The notes below the pieces were generated by a model. That model saw only the letters and a list, made by a program, of their open reading frames with translations. It did no database searches and was not told the origin of the DNA. Made by a program: the position numbers and the translations under genes. DNA of 64,000 nt from an uncultured Bacteroides sp. (GTDB lineage: Bacteria > Bacteroidota > Bacteroidia > Bacteroidales > Bacteroidaceae). The stretch spans positions 15,879 through 79,878 of the forward strand of contig NZ_CAJUHF010000001.1 in the NCBI RefSeq assembly GCF_910585845.1, given 5' to 3'. Below are positions 35,196 to 44,210 of the stretch, in pieces; positions within the stretch are counted from its first letter, which is position 1, and every line of letters starts with the position of its first letter.

Positions 35196-35924
35196 ATGAA
35201 ACTGATAGTTCTTGGTTCAAGTAGTAGTGGCAACTGTTACATTTTGGATAACGGTAATGAAGCTCTGATTATAGAGGCTGGAATCCGTTTCCAAGAAGTC
35301 AAGAAAGCGTTGGATTTCAATCTGAGAAAGGTTGTAGGGTGTGTGGTAACGCACGCCCACAACGACCACGCCAAATATATTAAGGCAATGGTGGATAGTG
35401 GATTTCACACGTTGGCATTACGGGAGGTATGGACTGCAAAGGGCGTTTGGGATTCCCGTTCTTTGGTGGTTAAAGAGGGCAAAGGCTATAAGATGGGTAA
35501 TTTTAAGGTACTTCCTTTTCCTGCTTGCCATGATGTGCCATGTGTCGGCTATCTGATAGACCACCCCGATATGGGAAAGATGGTATTTCTTACCGATAGC
35601 TGTATGTGCGAATATCAGTTCAAGGGGCTTAACCATGTGCTGATAGAGTGCAATTACTCTGATAAGAAGCTCATCGAGGCGATTACAACCGGGCGCACGT
35701 TGCCCTCACAGCGTGAACGTCTGCTTACCTCACACATGGAGCTTACTACGTGCAAGGGGTTTTTGGAAGCAAACGACTTATCCCATGTTTCGGAAATCGT
35801 GCTTTTACACCTTTCCGAGAATAATAGCGATGAGCCTTATTTCATATCGGAAGTGGAAAGGCATACGGGGAAAGTGGTTTATGCGGCAAAGCTGGGTTTA
35901 ACGATTGATTTAGACAGAATATAA
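35196..35924 (+). CDS. MBL-fold metallo-hydrolase (likely recombination exonuclease partner)
   Basis: 242 aa. VVTHAHNDHAK is the HxHxDH motif. Lies adjacent to recT. Confidence 0.75.
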   Translation: MKLIVLGSSSSGNCYILDNGNEALIIEAGIRFQEVKKALDFNLRKVVGCVVTHAHNDHAKYIKAMVDSGFHTLALREVWTAKGVWDSRSLVVKEGKGYKMGNFKVLPFPACHDVPCVGYLIDHPDMGKMVFLTDSCMCEYQFKGLNHVLIECNYSDKKLIEAITTGRTLPSQRERLLTSHMELTTCKGFLEANDLSHVSEIVLLHLSENNSDEPYFISEVERHTGKVVYAAKLGLTIDLDRI

Positions 35925-35928
35925 GGAT

Positions 35929-36360
35929 ATGGCTAAACTCCAAGTAGAAAAGAGAAACGGGTTATTTGATTTGAAGCCTCTATACGAATGGATGCGTAAC
36001 GCTTTGGATGGTATCTATAGGATAGAGGTTAAGAAAGTCAGAAAGCCACGTTCTTTAGACCAAAACGGGTGGTTGTTCGGGTGTATTTACCCTATCCTTT
36101 TAGACGCTCTTTTGGAAGCTGGTTGGGAGTTCGTTTCAGTAGAACAAGTGCATGAGTTTTTTAAGGCTCAAATGACGGCTGACAAAGTGGTAAATAAGCA
36201 CACGGGGGAGATTATAGAGTTCCCGTGTTCTACAGCCGCTATGGACACGGTGACATTCTCCACCTATTGCGAAAAACTGAGGGAGTACGCCAAAGAGTTT
36301 CTGAATGTGGATATTCCCGACCCGGATAAATATTGGAGAAGCCATGAAAAGAATACCTAA
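35929..36360 (+). CDS. NinB/Orf-like recombination mediator
   Basis: 143 aa. KPRSLDQNGWLFGCIYPIL parallels the RSLDQN...LW motif of lambda NinB. Confidence 0.55.
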   Translation: MAKLQVEKRNGLFDLKPLYEWMRNALDGIYRIEVKKVRKPRSLDQNGWLFGCIYPILLDALLEAGWEFVSVEQVHEFFKAQMTADKVVNKHTGEIIEFPCSTAAMDTVTFSTYCEKLREYAKEFLNVDIPDPDKYWRSHEKNT

Positions 36361-36505
36361 CAGCGTGGTATCTGAGCTGATACGCTTAGTGCCCATTTTG
36401 ATAGCAAATATTCCACCCGGACAAAGTACGAGAGTGGATAACGCAATAAGATTAACAAAAAAGATTATCAACAAATTAAAAACATTGAAAGATGAGAACA
36501 TTTGA
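36344..36505 (+). CDS. Hypothetical phage protein (53 aa)
   Basis: ATG at 36344 inside track ORF 36305-36505; overlaps both neighbours. Confidence 0.35.
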   Translation: MKRIPNSVVSELIRLVPILIANIPPGQSTRVDNAIRLTKKIINKLKTLKDENI

Positions 36506-37073
36506 AATTACAGAGAAAGAAGTAGCGGCTGCATTTCGTGAAGCGGAAAGTGGAGAAGCAAAGAAAATATTGGCGGCTTTGTTCTGCAAGGAAGAAATGG
36601 TAAAACCTACACTGGACGATTACAAGACAATTCGCACGTATGAGGATGCTTGTAAGGCACTTGGTGAGCCTATTTTTGAAGACCCTAATAATTTGCCCAA
36701 TCATATCATAGCCCTTATGAAGTTGGAAACTATTAGCCGGGCTTTGTGGGGTAGAAATTTCCAACCAAAGCCAGATGGAGAGGGAAGCAAAGTGTATTGG
36801 TATCCGTGGTTTGCCTTATGGACTAAGAAAGAGGTTGAGGATATGAATCCCGAACAAAGAGGTGCCCTTGTGTCTGCTAATGCGGATCTTGGTGCGTTTG
36901 CGGGTTTCGGTTGTCTGGCTGCGCTTTATCGTTCCTCGTCTGCGGATGCGGGCATTGGGTTCCGCTTGTGCCAAGAAACGGAAGAAAAGGCTAAGTATTT
37001 TGGGCAGCAATTCATTGAACTTTGGGCTGAATATTTGAAATTCAACTTTACCGTAGGAAATCGTTTGAAATAA
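36492..37073 (+). CDS. Hypothetical phage protein (193 aa)
   Basis: Track ORF, co-oriented; no motif recognised. Confidence 0.55.
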   Translation: MRTFEITEKEVAAAFREAESGEAKKILAALFCKEEMVKPTLDDYKTIRTYEDACKALGEPIFEDPNNLPNHIIALMKLETISRALWGRNFQPKPDGEGSKVYWYPWFALWTKKEVEDMNPEQRGALVSANADLGAFAGFGCLAALYRSSSADAGIGFRLCQETEEKAKYFGQQFIELWAEYLKFNFTVGNRLK

Positions 37074-37076
37074 AAG

Positions 37077-37093
37077 TGTGTTTATCAAACATA
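37077..37093. promoter_or_regulatory. Dyad motif copy 2 (TGTGTTTATCAAACATA)
   Basis: 25 nt before the ATG at 37118. Confidence 0.5.
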
Positions 37094-37117
37094 TTATCAA
37101 CTAAAAAATAAAGTGAA

Positions 37118-37552
37118 ATGAAAGACATCATGTTAGCCGATACCCCGGTGGAACAAAGGGAACAGATTCTACGTGATAGCTGCGACCAAATTGTAGAACG
37201 TAGCTACACACGCAAATTTGACACGCAACAGATTAACGAAAGACGTGCTGAACTTGCAAACGTAGCAATTCAAAAAGCTGATTTGGAAGATGAGTTGGCT
37301 GGAATCAGAGCTGAATACAAGTCCAAAATTAAGCCTTTGGATGAGAGAATTGGAAAGGTTCGTGATGAGTTGAAAGCCGGAGGCGATTATGTAAAAGGTG
37401 ATTGCTTCAAGTTTGTAGATGAAGATGAGGGCATGGTTGGATTCTACACCCCGGAGGGTTATTTGCTGGAGCAACGTGCCATGACGCAAGAAGAAAGACA
37501 ACGTAACGTATTCCGTGCCATTAGAACGGATAGAACGGGCACGAATGATTGA
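37118..37552 (+). CDS. Hypothetical phage protein (144 aa, coiled-coil)
   Basis: Track ORF; no motif recognised. Confidence 0.55.
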   Translation: MKDIMLADTPVEQREQILRDSCDQIVERSYTRKFDTQQINERRAELANVAIQKADLEDELAGIRAEYKSKIKPLDERIGKVRDELKAGGDYVKGDCFKFVDEDEGMVGFYTPEGYLLEQRAMTQEERQRNVFRAIRTDRTGTND

Positions 37553-37578
37553 TTATTAACACATTAAATTTTAGTAAA

Positions 37579-38337
37579 ATGGAAAATCAAGAAAAAGGAT
37601 TAACCGTAAACATCGGTGAGTACAAGGGTGAAAAACCTATCGAAGTAGTGTACAGAATTGGTAATGCTCCTAAAGCATTGGACGAATTGCCCATTAAGCA
37701 ACCGGAAAGTATTTCTGTATCAGGTGTTATCAGAACTCCGTTAGATTGGTTGGAAAAGCGTATTGACACCATCGACCAAAAGCGTGCGAATGTTAAGGTA
37801 AACCGTGAGAAAATGAGTATCACGCTTACCGTGAATGAGGATGATTATTACACTAAAAACACCTTTGTAGGTACGGTGGAATTATCGGAAGTCTTTTCAA
37901 AGTTTGGTATCAATAACGGAGAATGTGGCTGGATTCCTGCTAAACTGGGGCAGTTCCTGCGTTTGAATCGTGGCGTATTTATGCAAAAAGAGGATTGTAT
38001 GAAGCTCGTTTCGGTGTTAAAGAACTTTACGGCTAACGCCAAGACTGAAATTCAGAAACAGCGTGACCCATCCGGCTCTATGGCTGAGGTGTACCGTTCA
38101 CAAGTAGAAAGTAATTTGCCCAAGAGTTTCACGATTAACATCTCCATTTTCAAGGGAACTGCAAAAACACCTATTGAAGTTGAGTTCGACCACTATCTTT
38201 CTAATGGTGATGTGTTGTTGCAACTTGTTTCGCCCGGTGCTAACGAACTGGCAGAGGACTACAGAGATAAGTGTATTGATGAGGTGTTGGACGGTATTCG
38301 TGCCATTGCCCCAGATATTGCTATTCTTGAAATCTAA
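37579..38337 (+). CDS. Hypothetical phage protein (252 aa)
   Basis: Track ORF 37549-38337 starts at TTG; the first ATG is at 37579 (MENQEKGLTV...). Confidence 0.55.
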   Translation: MENQEKGLTVNIGEYKGEKPIEVVYRIGNAPKALDELPIKQPESISVSGVIRTPLDWLEKRIDTIDQKRANVKVNREKMSITLTVNEDDYYTKNTFVGTVELSEVFSKFGINNGECGWIPAKLGQFLRLNRGVFMQKEDCMKLVSVLKNFTANAKTEIQKQRDPSGSMAEVYRSQVESNLPKSFTINISIFKGTAKTPIEVEFDHYLSNGDVLLQLVSPGANELAEDYRDKCIDEVLDGIRAIAPDIAILEI

Positions 38338-38384
38338 ATACTATATCGTGGGGGAGCAATCCCCCACTTATAACAGCTCATAAT

Positions 38385-39200
38385 ATGGCTAATAAAAAAA
38401 TTATACCGCCTATGCCTTTCGATGCCACCGCTTGGTTATCCAACAATGCGGCTATGAGGTTGTCATTTGCTTGTAAGGGCTTGTGGCTGGATATGCTTTG
38501 CTGTATGTGGGTGAGTATAGAGCGTGGGGTTATGCTGAAACCTATTGGCGGTGCGTACACGGTTGATGAATTAGAAGCCCTTTACGGAAGTGGAACAAAG
38601 GAGCTGATAGAATCATTGATTAACGCTGAATTATTGTCTGTAAGGAATGATGGGGCTTTGTACAACGCTGATATGGTCAAGATGGAATCAATACGGGTAA
38701 AACGGTCTGAGGCTGGGAAAAAAGGTGGTGTAACTATGGGTAAACGGATATTAGCCAAAGTTGATGCGCTTGTGGAAACGCCACCGATAGAAATGCCACA
38801 TACACCTTCCCCAACGGCTGAAACGCAACACGGGGCGCAAGCAGACCTATTTCCCGATGATTTGCCGGAGAATCCACCGCCACTGACTGATGAACAACAG
38901 CGGAAGATTGCAAAAGCCAAGAAGTACAATTATGCTGATTACGTTACTTTGACACGTGATGAATACGCAAAATTATGTACCGAATATGGCGAAGAAGCCG
39001 CTAAAGCGATGATTGATATTCTCAACAATTACAAAGGTTCTAAGGGTAAGAAGTATAAATCCGATTACCTGACTATTAGGGGCTGGGTAAAAGATAAGTA
39101 TTACGAAAATATGAATAGATATGGACAACAAACTGGTACAACGATTGCAACAGATATTGGCAAACCAAGCGCAAAGAGGACTTTTAGGGACACGCTTTAA
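38385..39200 (+). CDS. Phage replication organiser (DUF1376/YdaU-like N-terminus, DnaD-like C-terminus)
   Basis: 271 aa. WLSNNAAMRLSFACKGLWLDMLCCMW is DUF1376-like (from memory). Lies immediately upstream of a DnaC-like loader. Confidence 0.5.
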   Translation: MANKKIIPPMPFDATAWLSNNAAMRLSFACKGLWLDMLCCMWVSIERGVMLKPIGGAYTVDELEALYGSGTKELIESLINAELLSVRNDGALYNADMVKMESIRVKRSEAGKKGGVTMGKRILAKVDALVETPPIEMPHTPSPTAETQHGAQADLFPDDLPENPPPLTDEQQRKIAKAKKYNYADYVTLTRDEYAKLCTEYGEEAAKAMIDILNNYKGSKGKKYKSDYLTIRGWVKDKYYENMNRYGQQTGTTIATDIGKPSAKRTFRDTL

Positions 39201-39780
39201 GATTGAGAAGTTTCCCGAAAAGGACATAGCGGAAATGCTAAGGATGTGTTATCAGTCAGAAGTTGAGCGCAGAAACATGAAGTATGTTTCGGATGAAGCC
39301 ACGTTGGAAAAGATAGGCAAAGCAGCTAAGTTCCTTTGCGGAAACGGAAAGTTCGGCTTGCTTCTGTATGGTACGGTAGGGAGTGGTAAAACCACGCTTG
39401 CAAAGGCGATATGCAACATTATAGGTATCTTATACAATAGTGATTTATCTTCCGAAAGAAAGGGTGTGTACCGCATATCAGCTCTGAACCTTGCCAAGTC
39501 AATAGCCGATGACCCGACTTATTTCAACAAGCTAAAGAATCAAGAACTTTTGTTTATTGATGATGTGGGCACTGAACCAGCAAGCGTGAAAAGTTGGGGC
39601 AACGAGTTTTCCCCGGTTACTGAACTAATCTATGCCCGATATGACAGGCAGCTATTCACTATAGCCACTTCCAATTTGGCAGATGAGGAATTTGGCGACA
39701 GGTACGGAGAGCGTATTGCTGATAGAATGGAAGAAATGTTTGAACGGCTGCACTACAGCCAAAAAAGCTATCGAAAATGA
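39121..39780 (+). CDS. DnaC/IstB-like AAA+ helicase loader
   Basis: 219 aa. Walker A LLLYGTVGSGKTTLAKAI and Walker B LLFIDDVGTE. The start is uncertain: ATG 39121 overlaps the upstream gene by 80 nt, and an alternative ATG lies at 39235. Confidence 0.75.
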   Translation: MDNKLVQRLQQILANQAQRGLLGTRFKIEKFPEKDIAEMLRMCYQSEVERRNMKYVSDEATLEKIGKAAKFLCGNGKFGLLLYGTVGSGKTTLAKAICNIIGILYNSDLSSERKGVYRISALNLAKSIADDPTYFNKLKNQELLFIDDVGTEPASVKSWGNEFSPVTELIYARYDRQLFTIATSNLADEEFGDRYGERIADRMEEMFERLHYSQKSYRK

Positions 39781-40040
39781 GATTTGCGCTCAGAAACAAA
39801 ACAAAGCTCATTAATGCTTTCGGTGAAGCGTATTACAACGAACTTATTGCAAGCATTAATAGCTTTCAATCTAACTACACGCCCGATTGCCATTATTGGA
39901 ACGAGGCGATACAAAAAGAAATGCTGGATATGCCAAGTAGTACCCACCCGGATAAGACATTTTCGTTTGCCATTGTGAGCGAAATGTGGGATGTGATAAC
40001 GCTTGCTTATTATTCAGCGAGTAATACACCAAGTAAATAA
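39777..40040 (+). CDS. Hypothetical phage protein (87 aa); N-terminus paralogous to 55224-55508
   Basis: MRFALRNKTKLINAFGEAYYNELIASINSF compares with MRYALRKQAKIASVYSEAYLKEHIISSLDSY in the minus-strand block. Confidence 0.5.
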   Translation: MRFALRNKTKLINAFGEAYYNELIASINSFQSNYTPDCHYWNEAIQKEMLDMPSSTHPDKTFSFAIVSEMWDVITLAYYSASNTPSK

Positions 40041-40047
40041 TAAAGCT

Positions 40048-40518
40048 ATGCAACACCAAAAATCAGAAAAGAAAAAAGTGGTTGTGACCTTATGCCGTGT
40101 ATTCCCGGTTACACATTCTTTGGCTGGAAAGCCTACAGAGTTTGAGGGCAAACTAAAAGAGCATAAGAAGATACATACTATACGCTACAATAAAAATGGC
40201 GTGTGGGATAAGAGATATAAAGATATTGCATCCGGTAAAAAATATCTTTCAGTGCGTGAATGGACGGGCAGACCGTACAACTCAGAGCAACGGGAATTTG
40301 CCCGGTATGAGAAGATAGGTTTACAGCATATTACTATGACCTATGGAAGCGATGATACCATGCCCAAAGTATGGGTAGACAACAAGAAAGTTTCAATCCA
40401 TGAAGTAGCAAAGAATGATGGTTTGAGCGTGGAGGACTTTGTAGAATGGTTTTTCGGGAACAACAAAGAGAATGTTTTTGAAGGTGTTGTTATTCATTTT
40501 ACCTCTTTTAGATACTAA
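40048..40518 (+). CDS. Hypothetical phage protein (156 aa)
   Basis: ATG at 40048 inside track ORF 40003-40518. Confidence 0.5.
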   Translation: MQHQKSEKKKVVVTLCRVFPVTHSLAGKPTEFEGKLKEHKKIHTIRYNKNGVWDKRYKDIASGKKYLSVREWTGRPYNSEQREFARYEKIGLQHITMTYGSDDTMPKVWVDNKKVSIHEVAKNDGLSVEDFVEWFFGNNKENVFEGVVIHFTSFRY

Positions 40519-40521
40519 GAC

Positions 40522-40701
40522 ATGGAAAAGATTTGTAATAATTGCTCTTTTATGAAGTTGAAAAAAATAAGGGACGGTTATAGTGCTTATTGCTGTATGG
40601 CTCATACAATAGTTAAGGGTGGTACTAAATATACAGACCCCAAAGGTGTACTTCCTCATTTCAAATGTAATTGTGGCAAATTCAATTGCAAGTATGAATG
40701 A
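40522..40701 (+). CDS. Cys-rich mini-protein (59 aa)
   Basis: Own translation: MEKICNNCSFMKLKKIRDGYSAYCCMAHTIVKGGTKYTDPKGVLPHFKCNCGKFNCKYE. Below the track cut-off. Confidence 0.4.
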   Translation: MEKICNNCSFMKLKKIRDGYSAYCCMAHTIVKGGTKYTDPKGVLPHFKCNCGKFNCKYE

Positions 40702-40831
40702 AATAAGACACTGTAGCGAATGTAAATACTATTGGTGTTATCCTCATACAACCCAAATGTATTGCTACAAATTAGGTAGGCGCATAACAGCAAGAAAGAA
40801 GTATTGTAAACATTATAAGCCCAATAAATGA
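40694..40831 (+). CDS. Cys-rich mini-protein (45 aa)
   Basis: ATG at 40694 (MNEIRHCSECKYYWCYPHTTQMYCYKLGRRITARKKYCKHYKPNK). ATGAATGA overlap with the previous gene. Confidence 0.4.
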   Translation: MNEIRHCSECKYYWCYPHTTQMYCYKLGRRITARKKYCKHYKPNK

Positions 40832-40838
40832 TAGTAGT

Positions 40839-41654
40839 ATGGAAACGAATAAAACAAAAAATACAGACCTGTTTTTGATTGACCCCCGTAATATCGTGGT
40901 TGTGGACGGTTTCAATGTAAGACGTGATTTTGACCTTGACGAACTGAAAGAGCAAATAAAGGCAAAGGGTGTTTTAAATCCTCTGACGGTTATAGCCTTT
41001 AAGGATGATGATGGCAACGAGAAATACAAATTGGTGGATGGTGAACGCAGGTATAGGGCTACCATGTTGGCTATATCCGAGGGTGCGGATATTCCTTATG
41101 TTCGTGCCATGAAAGCCCGAAAGGACGCTTCTACTGAAGAATTGTACATTCAACAGATGATGCGTAACGAGGGTAAGAAATTTACCGAATACGAGTGCGC
41201 TATCATGTTCAGACGTTTCAAAGAAGAATTTGGATATAGCCAAGTTGAGATAGCGGATAAGTTCAAGAAAAGCCCGGCTTTCATAAGCAAATGCCTTTCC
41301 TTGTTGGATTTGCCCCCGTACATTCAAGAAAGGATTATGAAAGGGGAATTGTCGGTTAAGGCAGCTAAGGAGATTGCCGCCAATTATGGCAGTGAGAAAG
41401 AACAGGTAAATGCTGCAAAGTCGGCTGTGGATAACGCCAAAGAAAACGGTAGGGCTACAGCTACCAATAAGGAGGTTCTTAATTCTCTGAAAGATTCTAA
41501 AGAAGCAAAAGCCATTGCGGAAGCTCTGAGAAAGGTTTGGGCTTATTTGGATGGTGAGGTTATCGTGGACGTGGATAAGCTGGCAAAGCTACTGGATAAG
41601 ACGGAAAGCCTTAGCCAAGCGATGAGAGAATACAAGAAAGAGGGTATAAAATGA
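40839..41654 (+). CDS. ParB/Srx-family N-terminal domain protein (ParB-like partition/nuclease protein)
   Basis: 271 aa. KYKLVDGERRYRAT is the ParB GxRRxxA box, followed by an HTH-like segment YSQVEIADKFKKSPAFISKCL. Confidence 0.8.
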   Translation: METNKTKNTDLFLIDPRNIVVVDGFNVRRDFDLDELKEQIKAKGVLNPLTVIAFKDDDGNEKYKLVDGERRYRATMLAISEGADIPYVRAMKARKDASTEELYIQQMMRNEGKKFTEYECAIMFRRFKEEFGYSQVEIADKFKKSPAFISKCLSLLDLPPYIQERIMKGELSVKAAKEIAANYGSEKEQVNAAKSAVDNAKENGRATATNKEVLNSLKDSKEAKAIAEALRKVWAYLDGEVIVDVDKLAKLLDKTESLSQAMREYKKEGIK

Positions 41655-41812
41655 AACTGAGGAAAGAAAAGGAACAAATACCTGCGGATTTCCGCAAACA
41701 AATGTATGAGAGCTACAAAGCCAATATGACTTTATACGGTAAGCCAATTCTCCCGTACAAACAATGGCTGAAAGACGTGTTTAACACTAAATTACCTTGT
41801 TGTGGTAAATAG
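41651..41812 (+). CDS. Hypothetical mini-protein (53 aa)
   Basis: Own translation: MKLRKEKEQIPADFRKQMYESYKANMTLYGKPILPYKQWLKDVFNTKLPCCGK. 4-nt overlap with the ParB-like gene. Confidence 0.35.
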   Translation: MKLRKEKEQIPADFRKQMYESYKANMTLYGKPILPYKQWLKDVFNTKLPCCGK

Positions 41813-41817
41813 ATGGC

Positions 41818-41994
41818 ATGAAAACGCTGATGATTGACATAATGCTGAATGACCGCTTTTATGCGGCTTTCAGATATAGGTATTGCCCGGCTTTCAAATT
41901 CGATATTGAGGATATGGCTAACAAAGTTTATGAGCGATACCCCACCCTGCGAAAAAGGGCTATGAATGGTGAAAAAGTAGTATTTGCATTTTAA
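41818..41994 (+). CDS. Hypothetical mini-protein (58 aa)
   Basis: Own translation: MKTLMIDIMLNDRFYAAFRYRYCPAFKFDIEDMANKVYERYPTLRKRAMNGEKVVFAF. Confidence 0.35.
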   Translation: MKTLMIDIMLNDRFYAAFRYRYCPAFKFDIEDMANKVYERYPTLRKRAMNGEKVVFAF

Positions 41995-42006
41995 TGATTT
42001 GAAGAT

Positions 42007-43014
42007 ATGGAAATTAAAAAGAAGATAGTAGTGCCTACGGGCGAAATATATACCGCTATAGGTGAAAAGGGAATGTTGGAGTTCCTTACGGTTGGAGATT
42101 ATGGTAAGAACGCTAATATCAAAGCGGACTTTTTGGGGATTACCCGTGATTTGAACGGTGTACCCAATGGCGAGCCGATGCCTCTTACTGAAAAATGGGT
42201 GATTACCATTTCCACACAGTACGGTTGCTCTATGGGCTGCAAGTTCTGCGATGTTCCAAAAGTGGGTATTGGGAGAAATGCCACTTTTAATGATTTGAAA
42301 GGAGAAGTGCTAACGGCTATCAAGCAACACCCGGAAGTGAAGCACACGAAACGTCTAAACATACATTATGCACGTATGGGAGAGCCTACATGGAACGCAA
42401 ATGTGTTGCTTCATGCAATCAGTATAAAGAAAGACATAGAGCCGTTTATAGGCGATTCTTTGGTACACCCGGTTATAAGTACAATGCTGCCAAAGAAAAA
42501 TAAGAAGCTGGTTGAGTTCTTACATAAGTGGTGTTACATAAAGAACGAGTTTTATAAAGGTGATGCCGGACTTCAATTCTCCATCAATACAACGAATGAT
42601 GAAGAAAGAAATTATCTGTTTTCGGGTAGTTCGCTTTCACTTGGTGAAATATCAGAAATTGGAAAGTCGCTGCCTATGCCTGTTGGCAGGAAATATGCCT
42701 TAAACTTTGCTTTGGCTGATGATACGCATATAGACGGCAAGCGTTTGAGAGAGCTTTTCAACCCCGATAAATTTATGTGTAAGATTACCCCATTGCACCG
42801 AACAAATAGCTGTGATGAGAACGATTTGCACACAAGCGGAGGCTATGAGCTGTTTACCCCATATAAAGCCGTGGAGGAAGATTTGAAAGGCAACGGATTC
42901 GATGTTATTGTGTTTGTCCCCTCTTATGATGAAGATAACGGGCTTATCACGTGTGGCAACGCTATCCTATCCGGGAAAGTTCCTACTTCAAGTTACCAAG
43001 AAACAATATACTGA
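42007..43014 (+). CDS. Radical SAM enzyme, RlmN/Cfr-like architecture
   Basis: 335 aa. CSMGCKFC is the CX3CX2C cluster, within ISTQYGCSMGCKFCDV (compare RlmN SSQVGCALECKFCST). Also MGEPTWN, a CKITPLH segment and the C-terminal ITCGNAILSG (compare RlmN CGQLAG). Confidence 0.7.
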   Translation: MEIKKKIVVPTGEIYTAIGEKGMLEFLTVGDYGKNANIKADFLGITRDLNGVPNGEPMPLTEKWVITISTQYGCSMGCKFCDVPKVGIGRNATFNDLKGEVLTAIKQHPEVKHTKRLNIHYARMGEPTWNANVLLHAISIKKDIEPFIGDSLVHPVISTMLPKKNKKLVEFLHKWCYIKNEFYKGDAGLQFSINTTNDEERNYLFSGSSLSLGEISEIGKSLPMPVGRKYALNFALADDTHIDGKRLRELFNPDKFMCKITPLHRTNSCDENDLHTSGGYELFTPYKAVEEDLKGNGFDVIVFVPSYDEDNGLITCGNAILSGKVPTSSYQETIY

Positions 43015-43015
43015 T

Positions 43016-43273
43016 ATGGCTAAAATAGTAGATAACCCCAAAAGGTTTAAGGTGATTGAATTGAGCCGAAACGAGTTGGCTAAAATTGGCGGTATTGGTA
43101 TTTGCGATAGATGTAACGGTACTTCTAATACTGGCTATTATGTAGCCGTGCTAAATTGCTGGTTTTGTCCTAAATGCTACAATGAATGGTACGGATGCGC
43201 CACTCATTACCCGGAAGATATAAAGATAGAAAACAAGAATTTTGAGTATTATAAAAATTTATTTGACCTATGA
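43016..43273 (+). CDS. Cys-rich small protein (85 aa)
   Basis: ATG at 43016 inside track ORF 42902-43273. CDRCNG...CWFCPKCYNEW looks like a zinc ribbon. Confidence 0.45.
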   Translation: MAKIVDNPKRFKVIELSRNELAKIGGIGICDRCNGTSNTGYYVAVLNCWFCPKCYNEWYGCATHYPEDIKIENKNFEYYKNLFDL

Positions 43274-43686
43274 GCAAAGAGGAATTGCAAGCAAAATTGG
43301 CGAAAGCCAACGCAGAGAACAAAGGTATGGTGGTTTACCCTGAATACTTCAAGAAGAAAAAGAAGCGTATGCGCCCCGACTTCATAAAGAAGCTGGAAGA
43401 AACTGCAAAAGCGGATTTTACCGATGTGGATGATTACGGAGTGTATAAAGTTGGTTCTTTCCTCTATAAGAATGCCTTTGTAACCATATCTAAAGATGAT
43501 GGGCTATGGACGTTGCACGTGATAAGTGAAGCCCCGATAGGTTTGCCGCTCATTAAAGAGGTGAGGTACAAATATCTGCCTAATAACCTTATGATGGCTC
43601 AGATTTTCGGAGATAGAGCCGAAGCAAACGAGATTAAGGGCGTTATTCTGTATCAGATTCCCAACGGAGAAATGGAGGCTGAATAA
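43270..43686 (+). CDS. Hypothetical phage protein (138 aa)
   Basis: Track ORF with 4-nt overlaps on both sides. Confidence 0.55.
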   Translation: MSKEELQAKLAKANAENKGMVVYPEYFKKKKKRMRPDFIKKLEETAKADFTDVDDYGVYKVGSFLYKNAFVTISKDDGLWTLHVISEAPIGLPLIKEVRYKYLPNNLMMAQIFGDRAEANEIKGVILYQIPNGEMEAE

Positions 43687-44126
43687 TGATTTATGTAGGG
43701 ATTGATACGGGTGTAAATACTGGGTTCGCTGTTTGGGATAGCAAGCAGCGTTCCCTACTTCAAGTATGCTCTTTGCCTATACATAAAGCGATGGAGCGTG
43801 TACGTTCCTTGTATGATGAGTATAAGGCTGGTATAGGTGACAAAGTGATTGTAAGGGTGGAAGACCCCCGGCAAAGAACGTGGTTCGGAACGGAACGTAT
43901 GAGCCGTGAAATGGAACGTAAGAAGTTGCAAGGTGTAGGCTCTGTGAAACGGGATGCCTCTATATGGGATGATTATCTAAAAGAGTTGGGCGTGGAGTAT
44001 GAAATGGTTGCCCCGAAACGCAATGTAACCAAGCTGACACAAGAACGGTTTAGGGCTTTGACTGGATGGCAAAAACAGACAAATGAGCATGGACGTGATG
44101 GCGCAATGTTGGTTTATGGCTTTTAG
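43686..44126 (+). CDS. RuvC-like Holliday junction resolvase (putative)
   Basis: 146 aa. MIYVGIDTGVNTGFAVWD is an RNase H-fold first acidic motif, as in RuvC/RusA-replacement resolvases. Confidence 0.5.
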   Translation: MIYVGIDTGVNTGFAVWDSKQRSLLQVCSLPIHKAMERVRSLYDEYKAGIGDKVIVRVEDPRQRTWFGTERMSREMERKKLQGVGSVKRDASIWDDYLKELGVEYEMVAPKRNVTKLTQERFRALTGWQKQTNEHGRDGAMLVYGF

Positions 44127-44147
44127 TATTCTTTTTACGGTCAAATA

Positions 44148-44164
44148 TGTGTTTGATAAACGCA
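44148..44164. promoter_or_regulatory. Dyad motif copy 3 (TGTGTTTGATAAACGCA), followed by -7 box TATATTTG (44172-44179)
   Basis: Best palindrome of the family, within ATATGTGTTTGATAAACGCATAT. Lies 47 nt before the ATG at 44211. Confidence 0.55.
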
Positions 44165-44210
44165 TATTTAGTATATTTGCAATATGATTCACCAAGTAAA
44201 CAAATAAGCT

